From contig OZ240241.1 in assembly GCA_965198115.1 (NCBI GenBank), positions 6,496,001 to 6,560,000 of the forward strand: a DNA stretch of 64,000 bases, read 5' to 3'. This document shows positions 10,267 through 20,656 of this stretch, piece after piece. The stretch is from Candidatus Latescibacterota bacterium. Lineage in GTDB: Bacteria; Latescibacterota; UBA2968. Below the pieces are notes generated by a model. It made no database searches. It was not told where the DNA came from and worked only from the letters and a program-made list of their open reading frames with translations. Every line of letters begins with the position of its first letter. The stretch's first letter is position 1. Made by a program: the position numbers and the translations under genes.

Positions 10267-10300
10267 CCCTTCGATACGCGACCTGCGGCTGCTACTCAGG
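10267..10300 (+). repeat. REP-like element (CCCTTCGATACG...CTACTCAGG family)
   Basis: CCCTTCGATACGCGACCTGCGGCTGCTACTCAGG; inverted relative to 8555..8593. Confidence 0.6.
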
Positions 10301-10503
10301 CAAGGCAGGAGAGCAGGCGTGGCAATGCTCACTGCACTACCGGCCGATATTGCTGTGGGACCCAGCTCCAGGTGGGAAACGGCTCATGGCTTTCCCAGGA
10401 AGGGCCCAGGAAAAGTGGTCGCTGTCGATGTTCGTACCGCCGGCCGGGCGGCTAATAGATCAAGTCGTTGACACGCCCGTTCTCCCCAACGCCTGCTCAG
10501 CTC

Positions 10504-12429
10504 TTACCACCTGTTGAGCGGATGGCCGTTCCCGTGGAACCAGATAGCATCGACGATAACACCCAAACCGATGCCCATCATGTGGCCAATGATGATGCCG
10601 AGGAAGAGAGGGATCGCTTTTCGGTAGAGCGAGAGGGATCCGATCCTGAGGACGATCGTCTTGATGACCCAGACGATCAGGATGGATGAGGCGCTGCTTT
10701 GCATGGTGAGGGAGGCGCCGATCGCGAATCCGATGGGATGGATGGAGAAGACTGGACTCCAGTAGCGCAGGCCGATCATCGCACCCGTGATGATACCGCC
10801 GAACCCCAGCAGGCCGACGCGTTGCCAATCGGTCGCGAAATTCTTCTGCAGTTTCCCAGCGATCACTTCGAAGCTTTCGACCGCACCGCCTCCCAGTCCG
10901 CGAAAGCTACTCGTGCCGAAGTTGTAGGCGCCGATGCCGGTGTAGGCTTCGAAGATGGTAAGGAAAATCACTGAAATGGCCCCGACCCCAGAGGCGACAA
11001 GAACGAGTGGCGAGACCTTCTTTCGACCGGATGGTTCGATCGCCTGGGCGAGGCGAGGGACGTGGGCGAGGACGGTCATGGCCATGCTCTTGGCGTCGCA
11101 GAAAAAGGTCTGGGTCAAGCCGATGGCGACGGCGGTCTGAGGATTTACGATGGCTGGACCGAAGAGATGCCACGTGAAGGCCTGGGCCGTGATCGGGCCT
11201 CTCAGGAAGACGAGACCGCTTTCGACGATCACTCTAGCGAGACCGAAATAGAGCACACCGCTGCCGAACCAGAATGCGATAAGGGGACCCCACATGAACC
11301 CGAGGTGCCGAAAGAAGATCACGACATAAAGGGAGCATCCCACGAAGAGCCAGAACGCCGTTCGGTAGGACATGATCTCTTCGCTGTCGTCGATCTCCTT
11401 TTGGTTTCGCACAGCCTGCCGGTAGACGCTCAGTAGGTGATGTCGAGCGATCCAGACGCCCCATCCGACGAAAACGATCATCCCGCCGAATCCCTGCCAG
11501 CCGATGGCCGCGTGGAACGAGCCCCACGGATCGCCTGCGCCGATGTCGAACCCGATGCGGTTGTAGATGCCTGCTTGAATCGCGGCGAGGAGGTGAAAGA
11601 ACCAGATGCTGAACAGAACATCGGATTTTGTGAAGTAGCCGAATGCGATCGTCATCGGATGGACGACGAACGCAATCGGGGGAAAATCGGGGCCGAGGAG
11701 AATGCTCCTGCCTCGCAGGATGGGAACCGTGGGCCATCCGGTCACACTCCATCCCACCATGTTCCAGGCCAGCAGACCGAAGGTCAGGAAGAAGCCGATC
11801 AGGAAGAGCGGCGATTTAAGCAACGACCCAAGGGCGGTGCGGTCCTGATCGGCGTCGGTGAGTTCGAGCAGCGCTACCGCGACGGGGAACGCGAGTCGCT
11901 CGTTGTCGACCCACTGTTTCCGGAAGATCGTCGAGAGGCTGATGCCGGCGGCTAGGATGGCCGCAACGACGGTGCCCCACCAAAAGAGCGGCGAGAACCA
12001 GGGTCCCCACGGGATCGATTCACCCTTCGGGAGGCTCTCGTGGAAGTATCGGACCGCCAGCACGTCCGAGACGTAGGACCAGGTTGGCATGGGCGGAATG
12101 AGCAGTTCCATCCAGCGATTCTCGGGGGTCGCAAAGTAGAGCGGGGTCGTGATGGTGCCAAGCAGGTATCCGGAGAGCCATTCGCCCTGCATCGTCACAG
12201 CAACCAGGCCGACGCAGCAAATGACAGTCAATTCTCGTGGAAGGAGGCCGATTCCCAGTCGTCGGAGTGGCAGGTTGAGAAACAGCAGGAAGAAGTAGGG
12301 GATGAGGAAGCCGACCGAGATTTGCGCGTAATCAGCGCGGGAGGACTGCATGATCAGCCCGGAGTAGGCTGGCCAAAGGTTCACGGCAACGGCCATGAGT
12401 AGAGAGATGACGATGGCGCGTGGTGTCAA
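10504..12429 (-). CDS. Polytopic membrane protein, DUF6785/DUF6784-like (putative transporter)
   Basis: 641 aa with many TM segments; RKQWVDNERLAFP and HPIGF motifs recalled from this family. Confidence 0.65.
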   Translation of the reverse strand: MTPRAIVISLLMAVAVNLWPAYSGLIMQSSRADYAQISVGFLIPYFFLLFLNLPLRRLGIGLLPRELTVICCVGLVAVTMQGEWLSGYLLGTITTPLYFATPENRWMELLIPPMPTWSYVSDVLAVRYFHESLPKGESIPWGPWFSPLFWWGTVVAAILAAGISLSTIFRKQWVDNERLAFPVAVALLELTDADQDRTALGSLLKSPLFLIGFFLTFGLLAWNMVGWSVTGWPTVPILRGRSILLGPDFPPIAFVVHPMTIAFGYFTKSDVLFSIWFFHLLAAIQAGIYNRIGFDIGAGDPWGSFHAAIGWQGFGGMIVFVGWGVWIARHHLLSVYRQAVRNQKEIDDSEEIMSYRTAFWLFVGCSLYVVIFFRHLGFMWGPLIAFWFGSGVLYFGLARVIVESGLVFLRGPITAQAFTWHLFGPAIVNPQTAVAIGLTQTFFCDAKSMAMTVLAHVPRLAQAIEPSGRKKVSPLVLVASGVGAISVIFLTIFEAYTGIGAYNFGTSSFRGLGGGAVESFEVIAGKLQKNFATDWQRVGLLGFGGIITGAMIGLRYWSPVFSIHPIGFAIGASLTMQSSASSILIVWVIKTIVLRIGSLSLYRKAIPLFLGIIIGHMMGIGLGVIVDAIWFHGNGHPLNRW

Positions 12430-12454
12430 GGGGGGTCCCGCTTGGGAGGTCTAC

Positions 12455-12475
12455 ACACTTCGACTTCGCTCAGTG
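12455..12475 (-). repeat. Inverted partial third copy of the 34-bp REP-like repeat
   Basis: ACACTTCGACTTCGCTCAGTG; reverse complement CACTGAGCGAAGTCGAAGTGT. Confidence 0.7.
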
Positions 12476-12596
12476 CAAGCTCCGACACGAAGTCACGAAG
12501 AAATACAATTACGGGAGGGACAGCAAGCGGAGGGGGGAAACGAACTGCGAGGATCGTCAGTATCTGATGCCCCCGGCTTAGACCATACGATTACCG

Positions 12597-13058
12597 CTAC
12601 TCGGCGATCCAGTCTCTGCGATACCAGGGCAGCTCGAAATTGAGGGACATCTGGCCGCGTGCGTTGGATGGTTCTTTAAACCCGAATTGCGAGTAGAGTC
12701 CCTGTGCGTCTTTCGTGTTCAGTTTGATCGATCGAATCCCGTCGAGCAACGGGCATTCTACGACAGATTGGACGAGCCACTTACCCAGCCCCTTGCCGCG
12801 GTAGGAGTCGAGGACGAAGACATCGCAGAGGTAAGCGTGACACGCATAGTCCGTGACGACTCGTGCGAACCCGACTTGCTGGTCTCCGTCATACAGACCA
12901 AAACAGAGCGAGTTTGGAATCGCATGCTCGAGGATCTCGCGAGGGATGCCGGGAGACCAGTACGAACGACTGAGGTAGCCGTGAATCACTTTGATATCGA
13001 GTCGCGAGCGGTCTGTGGAAATGGTATAGCCATTGCGCTCGTATTCGCAGATGTCCAT
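12597..13058 (-). CDS. GNAT family N-acetyltransferase
   Basis: ISTDRSRLD, SYW, QVGFARVVTD, YRGKGLGK acetyl-CoA motif, LYSQFGF. Confidence 0.92.
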   Translation of the reverse strand: MDICEYERNGYTISTDRSRLDIKVIHGYLSRSYWSPGIPREILEHAIPNSLCFGLYDGDQQVGFARVVTDYACHAYLCDVFVLDSYRGKGLGKWLVQSVVECPLLDGIRSIKLNTKDAQGLYSQFGFKEPSNARGQMSLNFELPWYRRDWIAE

Positions 13059-13072
13059 GGGCGTCTTTTTAT

Positions 13073-14491
13073 GGCTCTATCCGGGTTTCTCAACGGTGAA
13101 ACTATAGAATGACAAGGTCATAGATCGTTCCCTACGCTTGGTTGTGTGTGTAGGACAATCAAAGCGAAGGGGGTGCGACCTATGACCGGGAGCAGATTAC
13201 TATCGAAACTGCTGAGATTCAAGGGGTTCCGTGTTGTCAGCTGGTGGTTTGAGGGGAGAAGCTGCTTCGTCATCGCCGTAAAGCCCCATAAGAATGGTTG
13301 TTGTTGTCCGGAGTGCGGCCGTCGAGGTAAAATCGTCCGCACAATGCCCCATCCGCGTCGGTGGCGTGACATTCCGGTGTGCGGGTGGAGGGTCTGGCTT
13401 CTCTACCATCCTCGGGAGATTCGGTGTCCTACCCACGGTCGTGTGGTCGAGGAGATTCCGTGGGCGGAGCGGTTCTCTCGGGTGACGTATCGCTTCGAGT
13501 ATGCCATGCTGCGCTACTGCCAGACCATGACGCAGAAGGCGGCGTCCGAGTTACTGCGCATCTCTGCCTCGACGCTGTCGGATCTCCTTCACCGATCCAT
13601 CACGCGGCTTCGTGAAGGTCATCGTATCCGAGGGCTCAAAACCATCGGGATCGACGAGATCTCCTACGCCAAGCGTCACAGGTACGCCACGCTCGTTTAC
13701 GATCTGGACCGCTCCTGCGTGGTGTGGGTTGGCCGCGGCAGGGCGCGTAAAACGATCGATCGGTTCTTCACAGAGGCTCTCAGTCCCTACCGGAGATCCA
13801 AGATCGAGTGGGCCTGCTGCGACATGAGCGAAGCTTACATCGGAGCCATCCAGGAACACTGTCCGAATGCCAAGCTGGTCCTCGATCGCTTTCACATCGT
13901 CAAGGCTCTCAATGCCGCCGTTGACGAGGTCCGTAAGGACCAGTGGCGTGAAGCTGCCCCGGATGAGCGCAAAGCCATGAAGGGCCTCCGATGGCTCCTC
14001 TACCGGCACTCAGCGACACGCTCCAGAGGGGATACTCGGACACTCAAAGCACTGGAGAAGGCGAACTACCGAATCTATAGAGCCTGGAGACTCAAGGACG
14101 AGTTCGAGCAGTTCTGGGAATACAAGCGCCCTGGGCTGCCGAACGCTTCCTGAAATGCTGGACGACGTCCGCACTCAGAAGTCGACTTGAACCCCTGCGA
14201 AAGTTCGTCAGGACCCTGCGACAGCACTTCTTCGGCGTCCTCGCATTCGTGAACACGCGTCTTACCAACGCCATCGCCGAAGGCCTCAACCGAATCGTCC
14301 AAATCGTCAAGAACCGAGCCAGCGGATTCCGCACACTCGACGCATTCAACGATATGATCTTCCTTACCGTCGGAGACATAAACATCCCTGAGCAGATTCC
14401 GAAGAGGTTCCGCACACTCTAACCGCGCCCCCATGCCAGGAACCACGGCACCTTCACCCACTTCATCTCGTTGAGAGATCCGGATATAGCC
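13073..14491 (+). mobile_element. ISL3 family insertion sequence
   Basis: 23-bp imperfect IRs GGCTCTATCCGGGTTTCTCAACG (13073) and GGCTATATCCGGATCTCTCAACG (reverse complement, ends 14491); AT-rich flanking repeat CTTTTTAT / CTTTTTAG. Confidence 0.92.
13182..14422 (+). CDS. ISL3 family transposase (frameshift near 14128)
   Basis: CPECG zinc finger, IGIDE, CCDMS, LDRFHIV. The C-terminal TNAIAEGLN...RASGFR lies in the shifted frame, ending at TAA 14422. Confidence 0.9.
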
Positions 14492-14515
14492 CTTTTTAGT
14501 AGGGTCCAGAAACAG

Positions 14516-15304
14516 TCAGACCGGGATGCTATGTTCCTTGATGATCGTGCTGTGTTCCGTGAGCGTGACGAAGTTGAAGGGCAGTGGTGCGTCGACATCT
14601 CGGTTGGCGTCTCCATCGGGCCAGAGATCGAGCGGCATGTAGGGACTTCCGACACTGGCGTAGTGAATCCCATCCTTGACGATCTGGACGCCGCGATGGA
14701 TGTGTCCGAAAAAGACGCCTCGGACACGGTCGGCGAAGGGAACGAGTGCTTCGTGGAGTTCATCTCCGTTGAGCAAGTCGATCCGGTCGTCGTGCCAGTC
14801 GCAGTCGAGATGCAGCGGGCAATGATGGAGGAAGATGGAGATTCGCCCACTCGCCGATTCGATCTGTTCGCGCAGGAAATCGAGCTGCCCAGCGGATAGT
14901 CGTCCGCTTCCTCCGATCTCTTCGCGTGGCCCCTGGGATTGGAGCATGATGAATCTCTCGTCTTCGATGTCGAACGTGTAGGAAACGAAATGCTCCGCGA
15001 CGGCGGTTCTGTCGCCCATCGGCAATTCCTTGAACTGATCGGGATCGTCGTGGTTGCCGACTGCGTAGTAGACAGGGACGCCGAGGGTGTCCAGCAGTTG
15101 GGTGGCGAGTGCGTAGGCCTCGGGCTGGCCATCGTTGGTCACATCACCCGTGTGAACGATGAAATCGGGTCGTGTTGAGAGACCCCTGAGCGTATCTACG
15201 AGTGATTCCGCATTGCGATACGGCACGCGGTCGTGTACCTCGAAATCCTTGTCGGGGTGAATGTGAGTATCACTGATGTGGACGAAGTAGATGGGACGCG
15301 TCAT
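14516..15304 (-). CDS. Calcineurin-like metallophosphoesterase (CpdA/GpdQ-like)
   Basis: ISDTH, TGDV, GNHD, LHH, GHIH motifs. True start is MTRPIYF at 15304; the longer ORF extension is spurious. Confidence 0.9.
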   Translation of the reverse strand: MTRPIYFVHISDTHIHPDKDFEVHDRVPYRNAESLVDTLRGLSTRPDFIVHTGDVTNDGQPEAYALATQLLDTLGVPVYYAVGNHDDPDQFKELPMGDRTAVAEHFVSYTFDIEDERFIMLQSQGPREEIGGSGRLSAGQLDFLREQIESASGRISIFLHHCPLHLDCDWHDDRIDLLNGDELHEALVPFADRVRGVFFGHIHRGVQIVKDGIHYASVGSPYMPLDLWPDGDANRDVDAPLPFNFVTLTEHSTIIKEHSIPV

Positions 15305-15338
15305 GAGGAGAACCTCGAAATCGAATAGAAAGTAAATC

Positions 15339-15459
15339 GTAGACGGTGGACAGGAACGATGGCTTCGCCCTGATGATTGTGAGCGGTCGGCGGTCGGCGG
15401 TGGGCAGAGGCGATAGCTTTGCTCGATTGCCGGTGGGGCAGGCTCTGACTGCGAACCGG
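15339..15459 (+). repeat. Composite intergenic repeat module (heptamers + GGCTTCGCCC + GTGGG-REP)
   Basis: GTAGACG-GTGGACA, GGCTTCGCCC, (GCGGTCG)n, CCGGTGGGGCAGG...GCGAACCGG. Confidence 0.6.
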
Positions 15460-15488
15460 CAGCTGACGATTGGTGCGTCTGCTGGGGA

Positions 15489-17942
15489 CTATTCATCGCG
15501 GAGGGCCAGGACGGGGTCCGTGCGGGCGGCACGCCACGCGTGGTAGGTGACGGTGAGTTGCGCGACGACGAGGGTGAGGGCCACACCGAGGATAAAGGCC
15601 CCCGGCCCGAGGTCGGTGCGGTAGGCGAAGTTGTCGAGCCAGCCCTGCATGAGGATATAGGCGACGGGAATGGCAATGACGGCGGCGAGCACGACCATGA
15701 CGGCGAACTCTCGCGAGACGAGAGCGATGACACTCGTGACGGTCGCACCGAGTGATTTTCGAACGCCGATTTCTTTGCGGCGCTCCTCCGCCGCGTGGGA
15801 CGCGAGACCGAAGAGACCCATGCAGGCAAGGAAAATGGCGATGCCGGATGCCGTGAGGGTGAGGGTCTGAACTCGTAGTTCCTGCCGGTAGATGCGTTCG
15901 AATTCGTGGTCCCAGAACGAATACCGGAAAAGAACATCTGGTAGAAATTGCTTCCAGGTTTTTTCGAAATGGGCAAGGGCTGCGTCCATCCCGCCAGCCC
16001 GGACCCGGACGCCGAGGTTGAAGAATTGCTTGTTTCGGAAGACCATGGCAAGGGGCCCGATCTTCTGCCGCAACGTTCGATAATGGAAGTCCCTAACGAC
16101 GCCAATGACCGATCCCCTGATATTCCTTTCAGCGTCAACCCAGGCAAAGGATTTGCCAATGGGGGAGTCAGTGGTCCCAGGCGGCGCATCGACGGCCCAC
16201 CCAAGCACGGAAGCGGCGGTCTCGTTCAGGATGAACGCGTTCGAAGAGTCAGCCGGAAAAGCGGAAGCATCAAACTTCCTTCCCGCGACGATCTCGATCC
16301 CGAAGACATCGATGTAGTTGTCGTCGATCTCCAGAACTTGCATTCGCCATTCCTGTCCCTCGTGACCCTCGGGGGTGACAGGACGCATGATGCCGGCGTT
16401 TCGACCTAGAGGCTGCCGATATCCTGTTGCCTCGATCGCATCGGGATGGTCCAGGAAGACCCGCTTGATCGTGATGTAACGATCTGCAAGGCGAACGTCG
16501 TTCGGTGTCAGGAGAAACTGGTCCATGACGAAAAGCGGCATGAGCACCATCTGCTCCATGTTGAAACCGAGTTTCGCGGTCCTGATGTAATCGAATTGAT
16601 GGTAGATCACGCTCGACCCGACGATGAGTCCGATGGATATCGTGAACTGGACGATGACAAGCCCCTTGTGGAGCCATTGGCCGTAGAGACTCCCTCGGAA
16701 CGTTCCCTTGATCGTTTCCGTTGGCTGGAACGAGGCGAGGACGAATGCAGGATACATGCCGGCGATCAGACCTACCAGCACCGCGATCGAGACTACACCC
16801 AACGTCAACAGGCCATCACCGAGAAAGTTAAGTTCGAGCTGACGTCTGAAAATCGCGTTGAACTCGGGAAGGACGAATTCGAGCGCAACGAGTGCGAGTC
16901 CGAGCGCGAACAACGAGGTCAACGTCGATTCGCACAGAAACTGAGCCGCGAGTTGGCCTCGATAGGCGCCCGTTACCTTGCGCAATCCGACCTCGTGCGC
17001 CCGACTCGCGGATCGCGCGATCGACAGGTTCGTGAAATTGATGCACGCGACGGCGAGAACCAGCAGGGCAATGGCGCCGAACTGGTAGACCTGGTCGATG
17101 TCTCCCCATCTGTCGATCCCGTAGTCCTGCTGCGTATACAGGTAAACACGGTCGAGGGGCTGGAGGCGATAGGTTGTTATCTCGGCTGCTTCCGGGGCGT
17201 GGTATTGTTTCACGATCGTTGGAAGCTTCGCTTCCAGTGTGGCGGCCTCAGCTCCCTCGCGCAGCAGGACGTGGGTCAGGACCGAGCGATGGCCGTCGGA
17301 CACCGTCCATTGTTCCCAGGTCACTTTGGCGAGTTCCGTTACGGACGTCGACACGTAGTCGAGCTTGAGTGTCGAATTGGCCGGCAGGTCCTCGAGTAGT
17401 GCTGCGATGGTACGTTCACCTCCGTGGCTGCCACTGATCACGGTGATCGTTTTGCCGATCGGATCCTCGTCACCGAAGAGTCTGCGCGCTGCTGACTGCG
17501 TCATCGCGATGGACGATGGGTCGGTAAAGGCGGTCTCTCTCGAGCCGACGGCAAAAGGGAGGTCGAAGATGTCGAACATTTCGGGATCTGCCGCACAGAC
17601 GTTCATACGAAGTTTCTTGCCGTTCGCCTCCACATCCACCCACTGGCGCCAAACCCGGGCGGAAGCTTCGACTTCTGGCAGGTCGCGCTTCAGTGCGGCT
17701 GCCAGCGGCCCAGACGAAAAACGAAGGTATTGCGTCTGGCCACTTGTACGCGTTTCGACGACGATGCGGTAAATCCGATCCAGCTTTTCGTGCCAGGTGT
17801 CGAAGCTCATCTCATTCTGCACATACCGCAGCATGAGAATGCTCGTGCCGATCCCGATCGCAAGCCCAAGAATGTTGATCAGCGTGTGGATCTTGTGACG
17901 CATCAGGTTGCGCCAGGCGGTTGTCAGGTAGTTACGAAACAT
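15489..17942 (-). CDS. ABC transporter permease, duplicated MacB/FtsX type (paralog 1)
   Basis: 817 aa; INILGLAIG, ACINFTNL...RAHEVGLRK, KEIGVRK, DPVLALRDE. Confidence 0.92.
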   Translation of the reverse strand: MFRNYLTTAWRNLMRHKIHTLINILGLAIGIGTSILMLRYVQNEMSFDTWHEKLDRIYRIVVETRTSGQTQYLRFSSGPLAAALKRDLPEVEASARVWRQWVDVEANGKKLRMNVCAADPEMFDIFDLPFAVGSRETAFTDPSSIAMTQSAARRLFGDEDPIGKTITVISGSHGGERTIAALLEDLPANSTLKLDYVSTSVTELAKVTWEQWTVSDGHRSVLTHVLLREGAEAATLEAKLPTIVKQYHAPEAAEITTYRLQPLDRVYLYTQQDYGIDRWGDIDQVYQFGAIALLVLAVACINFTNLSIARSASRAHEVGLRKVTGAYRGQLAAQFLCESTLTSLFALGLALVALEFVLPEFNAIFRRQLELNFLGDGLLTLGVVSIAVLVGLIAGMYPAFVLASFQPTETIKGTFRGSLYGQWLHKGLVIVQFTISIGLIVGSSVIYHQFDYIRTAKLGFNMEQMVLMPLFVMDQFLLTPNDVRLADRYITIKRVFLDHPDAIEATGYRQPLGRNAGIMRPVTPEGHEGQEWRMQVLEIDDNYIDVFGIEIVAGRKFDASAFPADSSNAFILNETAASVLGWAVDAPPGTTDSPIGKSFAWVDAERNIRGSVIGVVRDFHYRTLRQKIGPLAMVFRNKQFFNLGVRVRAGGMDAALAHFEKTWKQFLPDVLFRYSFWDHEFERIYRQELRVQTLTLTASGIAIFLACMGLFGLASHAAEERRKEIGVRKSLGATVTSVIALVSREFAVMVVLAAVIAIPVAYILMQGWLDNFAYRTDLGPGAFILGVALTLVVAQLTVTYHAWRAARTDPVLALRDE

Positions 17943-17944
17943 TG

Positions 17945-18056
17945 AGAGGCAGTAGGCAGTAGGGAGAAGGAAAATCTGGTAGACGGTGGACAGTGGACGG
18001 TAGACGGATACAATCGATCGATTTACGTGGGCGTAGGGGCGAACGGCGTTCGCCCG
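17945..18056 (+). repeat. Heptamer runs plus GTAGGGGCGAAC REP-like hairpin
   Basis: (AGGCAGT)n, GGTAGAC-GGTGGAC-AGTGGAC-GGTAGAC, GTAGGGGCGAACGGCGTTCGCCC. Confidence 0.7.
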
Positions 18057-18094
18057 ATGCTCTGGCCCACGACGTGACGGAATGGATATCGTGC

Positions 18095-20554
18095 CTATTC
18101 ATCTCTCAAAGCCAACACCGGATCCGCCAGGGCGGCACGGTAGGCGTGAAATGTGATTGTCAGCTGGGCGATGATGAGGGCAAGGGCCGAGCCGAGTATG
18201 AAGGCCGCCGGCCCGAGGTCGGCTCGGTAGGCGAAGTTGTCGAGCCAGCCTCGCATAATGCTCCAGCCGATCGGGGCGGCGATCACGGCGGCGATTAGGA
18301 CCAGCATCACGAATTCGCGAGAGACGAGCGCGATCAGTCCCGTGACGTTGGCACCGAGGGTCTTGCGGACACCGATCTCTTTGCGTCGTTCCTGCATGGC
18401 ATAGGACGCGAGTCCGAACAGTCCCATACAGGCGAGCGCGATGGCGTTTCCCGACGCGAACAGCGTGAGGGACTGAACGCGGTGCTCCTCTTCGTACATG
18501 TATTGGAACTCCTGATCGGCGAAGTAGTGACGGAAACCCTGACTTGCCGGTACGAACCGTGACCACACGTTCTTGAAGTGGTCGATGGTTTCCTCCAGAT
18601 CATCCGTGCGGATTCGGATCGCTACTCTGATGAACTGTCTTTTTCGCAGGATCATCGCGATGGGTCCGATCTTCTCCCGCAACGGGCTGTAATGGAAGTC
18701 ACTGACTACGCCGATGACATGGCCCACGCGATTCCGCTCGCTGTCGACCCACTTGAAAGAATTCCCGATGGCGGAGGTCGGTCTGTCCGGTTCGATGTCC
18801 CATCCGAGGGCCTTTACAGCCGTCTCGTTCAGGAGGAACGCGTGCGAGGTGTCGGCGGGAAAGTCGACCAGGTCGAACTTCCGGCCTGAGACGACGTCGA
18901 TCCCGTAGAAGTCCACGAAATTCTCGTCGACTTCCAGGACCTGCATACGCCAGTCGGTCGCGTGGTGACCCTCAGGTTCGACGCTGCGCAAGTTACCGCC
19001 ACTCCATCCGAGCCCCCAGCGATATGCCGTTGCGTCGAGGGCGTTGGGATGATCGAGAAGGGCCTGTCTGACGACCTGGTAGCGGTCCGCCAGTCTGGCG
19101 GTTTGGGGCGAGTTTCGATCTACTCCGAGGATCGGCACGACGACGACCTGCCGCGTGTCGTAGCCGAGATCCTTGTTCTTCATGAACTGGATCTGCTGAT
19201 AGATGACCCCCGTTCCGATGAGGAGGGTGATGGAGATGGCAAACTGGGCACTGACGAGGGCTTTGCGAATCCACTGGCCGCGAGATCCGCTCCTGAATGT
19301 GCCCTTGAGCGTCTCGTTTGGCTGAAACGCGGAGAGGAAAAGGGCAGGGTAGGCACCTGCGAGCAACCCGACGGCGGTCGCGATCACCACCGTGTGAACG
19401 ATGAGCTTTGGTTCGGTCAGCAAATCGAGTCTGAGTTGTTTGTGGAAGTAGGCGTTGAATTCGGGGAGGGCGATCTTCACGAACACGATGGCCAGAATCA
19501 GAGCAAGGAACGAGGTGATCACCGACTCGCTGAGAAATTGCCCGATTAGATGCGATCGGTAGGCCCCGGTGACCTTCCGCAGACCGACTTCCCGTGCTCG
19601 GCGAGCCGATCGTGCGGTGGTCAGGTTCGTGAAATTAATACACGCGATGGCCAGGACGACGATGGCGATGAACTGGTAGATGCGACTGATATCGCCCCGG
19701 CGCCCACTCCACCCCGTCGCTCTGATGTCCTTCTCTCGGGAGTAGAGATGCATGTCGTGGAGCGCCTGGAGGCGATAGTCGTTGTTCCGTGCGATGTCTG
19801 GCCCCATGTGACGATCGATCAGTGCGGAGAGCTTGTTCTCGAGCGAAGCCAGATCGGCCCCATCCCTTAGCAGGACGTAGGTCTGGACGGGTCGATGGGA
19901 GTAGGTGGGTAACCATCCTTCCCATCCTTCAACGGCCAGCGCGTGGGTCGGTCGTGTAACAATCGCTTCAAACCCGAAGGTCGAATTCTCCGGGACGTCC
20001 CGGAGAACGGCCGTGACCGTGAACTCGCCGTAGACCGTATTGCTGATCAACGTCAGTGTCTGGCCGATCGGATCCTGCTCGCCGAAGAGTCGTTGGGCTT
20101 GAGATTCGGTGATCGCGATGGAACTGGGATTCGGGAAGGCAGTTTTGTAGGATCCGCGTGTGAAAGGATAGTCGAAGAGGTCGAAGAACACGGGTGCGTC
20201 GACGACCCAAACCCCCAGTCCGAACCGACTCCCGTTGTGCTCGATATTCGCCCAACTCACGAGGATCCGGGCGACCTGCACGACTTCCGGAACACTCGTC
20301 TGGATGGCTTCTGCCAATCCACCTGAAGTCCCACGGTGTAGCACGGACTTCCCGCCGCTTCTCGTTTCCCGCAGGACATTGTAGATGCGGTCACCCTTGG
20401 GATGCCATCGGTCGAAGCTGTGCTCATCCTGAACATAGCGAATGACCAGGATGAAGGTCGCAGTGCCGATGGCGAGCCCGAAGATGTTGATGAGCGTGTA
20501 GAGCTTTTGGCGCATCATGTTGCGCCAGGCTATTGTCAGGTAATTGCGGAGCAT
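18095..20554 (-). CDS. ABC transporter permease, duplicated MacB/FtsX type (paralog 2)
   Basis: 819 aa; same motif set as paralog 1. Confidence 0.92.
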   Translation of the reverse strand: MLRNYLTIAWRNMMRQKLYTLINIFGLAIGTATFILVIRYVQDEHSFDRWHPKGDRIYNVLRETRSGGKSVLHRGTSGGLAEAIQTSVPEVVQVARILVSWANIEHNGSRFGLGVWVVDAPVFFDLFDYPFTRGSYKTAFPNPSSIAITESQAQRLFGEQDPIGQTLTLISNTVYGEFTVTAVLRDVPENSTFGFEAIVTRPTHALAVEGWEGWLPTYSHRPVQTYVLLRDGADLASLENKLSALIDRHMGPDIARNNDYRLQALHDMHLYSREKDIRATGWSGRRGDISRIYQFIAIVVLAIACINFTNLTTARSARRAREVGLRKVTGAYRSHLIGQFLSESVITSFLALILAIVFVKIALPEFNAYFHKQLRLDLLTEPKLIVHTVVIATAVGLLAGAYPALFLSAFQPNETLKGTFRSGSRGQWIRKALVSAQFAISITLLIGTGVIYQQIQFMKNKDLGYDTRQVVVVPILGVDRNSPQTARLADRYQVVRQALLDHPNALDATAYRWGLGWSGGNLRSVEPEGHHATDWRMQVLEVDENFVDFYGIDVVSGRKFDLVDFPADTSHAFLLNETAVKALGWDIEPDRPTSAIGNSFKWVDSERNRVGHVIGVVSDFHYSPLREKIGPIAMILRKRQFIRVAIRIRTDDLEETIDHFKNVWSRFVPASQGFRHYFADQEFQYMYEEEHRVQSLTLFASGNAIALACMGLFGLASYAMQERRKEIGVRKTLGANVTGLIALVSREFVMLVLIAAVIAAPIGWSIMRGWLDNFAYRADLGPAAFILGSALALIIAQLTITFHAYRAALADPVLALRDE

Positions 20555-20555
20555 T

Positions 20556-20649
20556 GAGAGGGAGAAGAAAGAAGTGAGAAGTGAGAAGGAAAACCGGTGG
20601 GGGCTTCGCCCAATGACCGGTGGGAGCAGCCTCCCGGCTGCGAACCGGT
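20556..20649 (+). repeat. Composite intergenic repeat module
   Basis: (AGAAGTG)n, GGGCTTCGCCC, ACCGGTGGGAGCAGCCTCCCGGCTGCGAACCGGT. Confidence 0.7.
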
Positions 20650-20656
20650 CGCCGCT

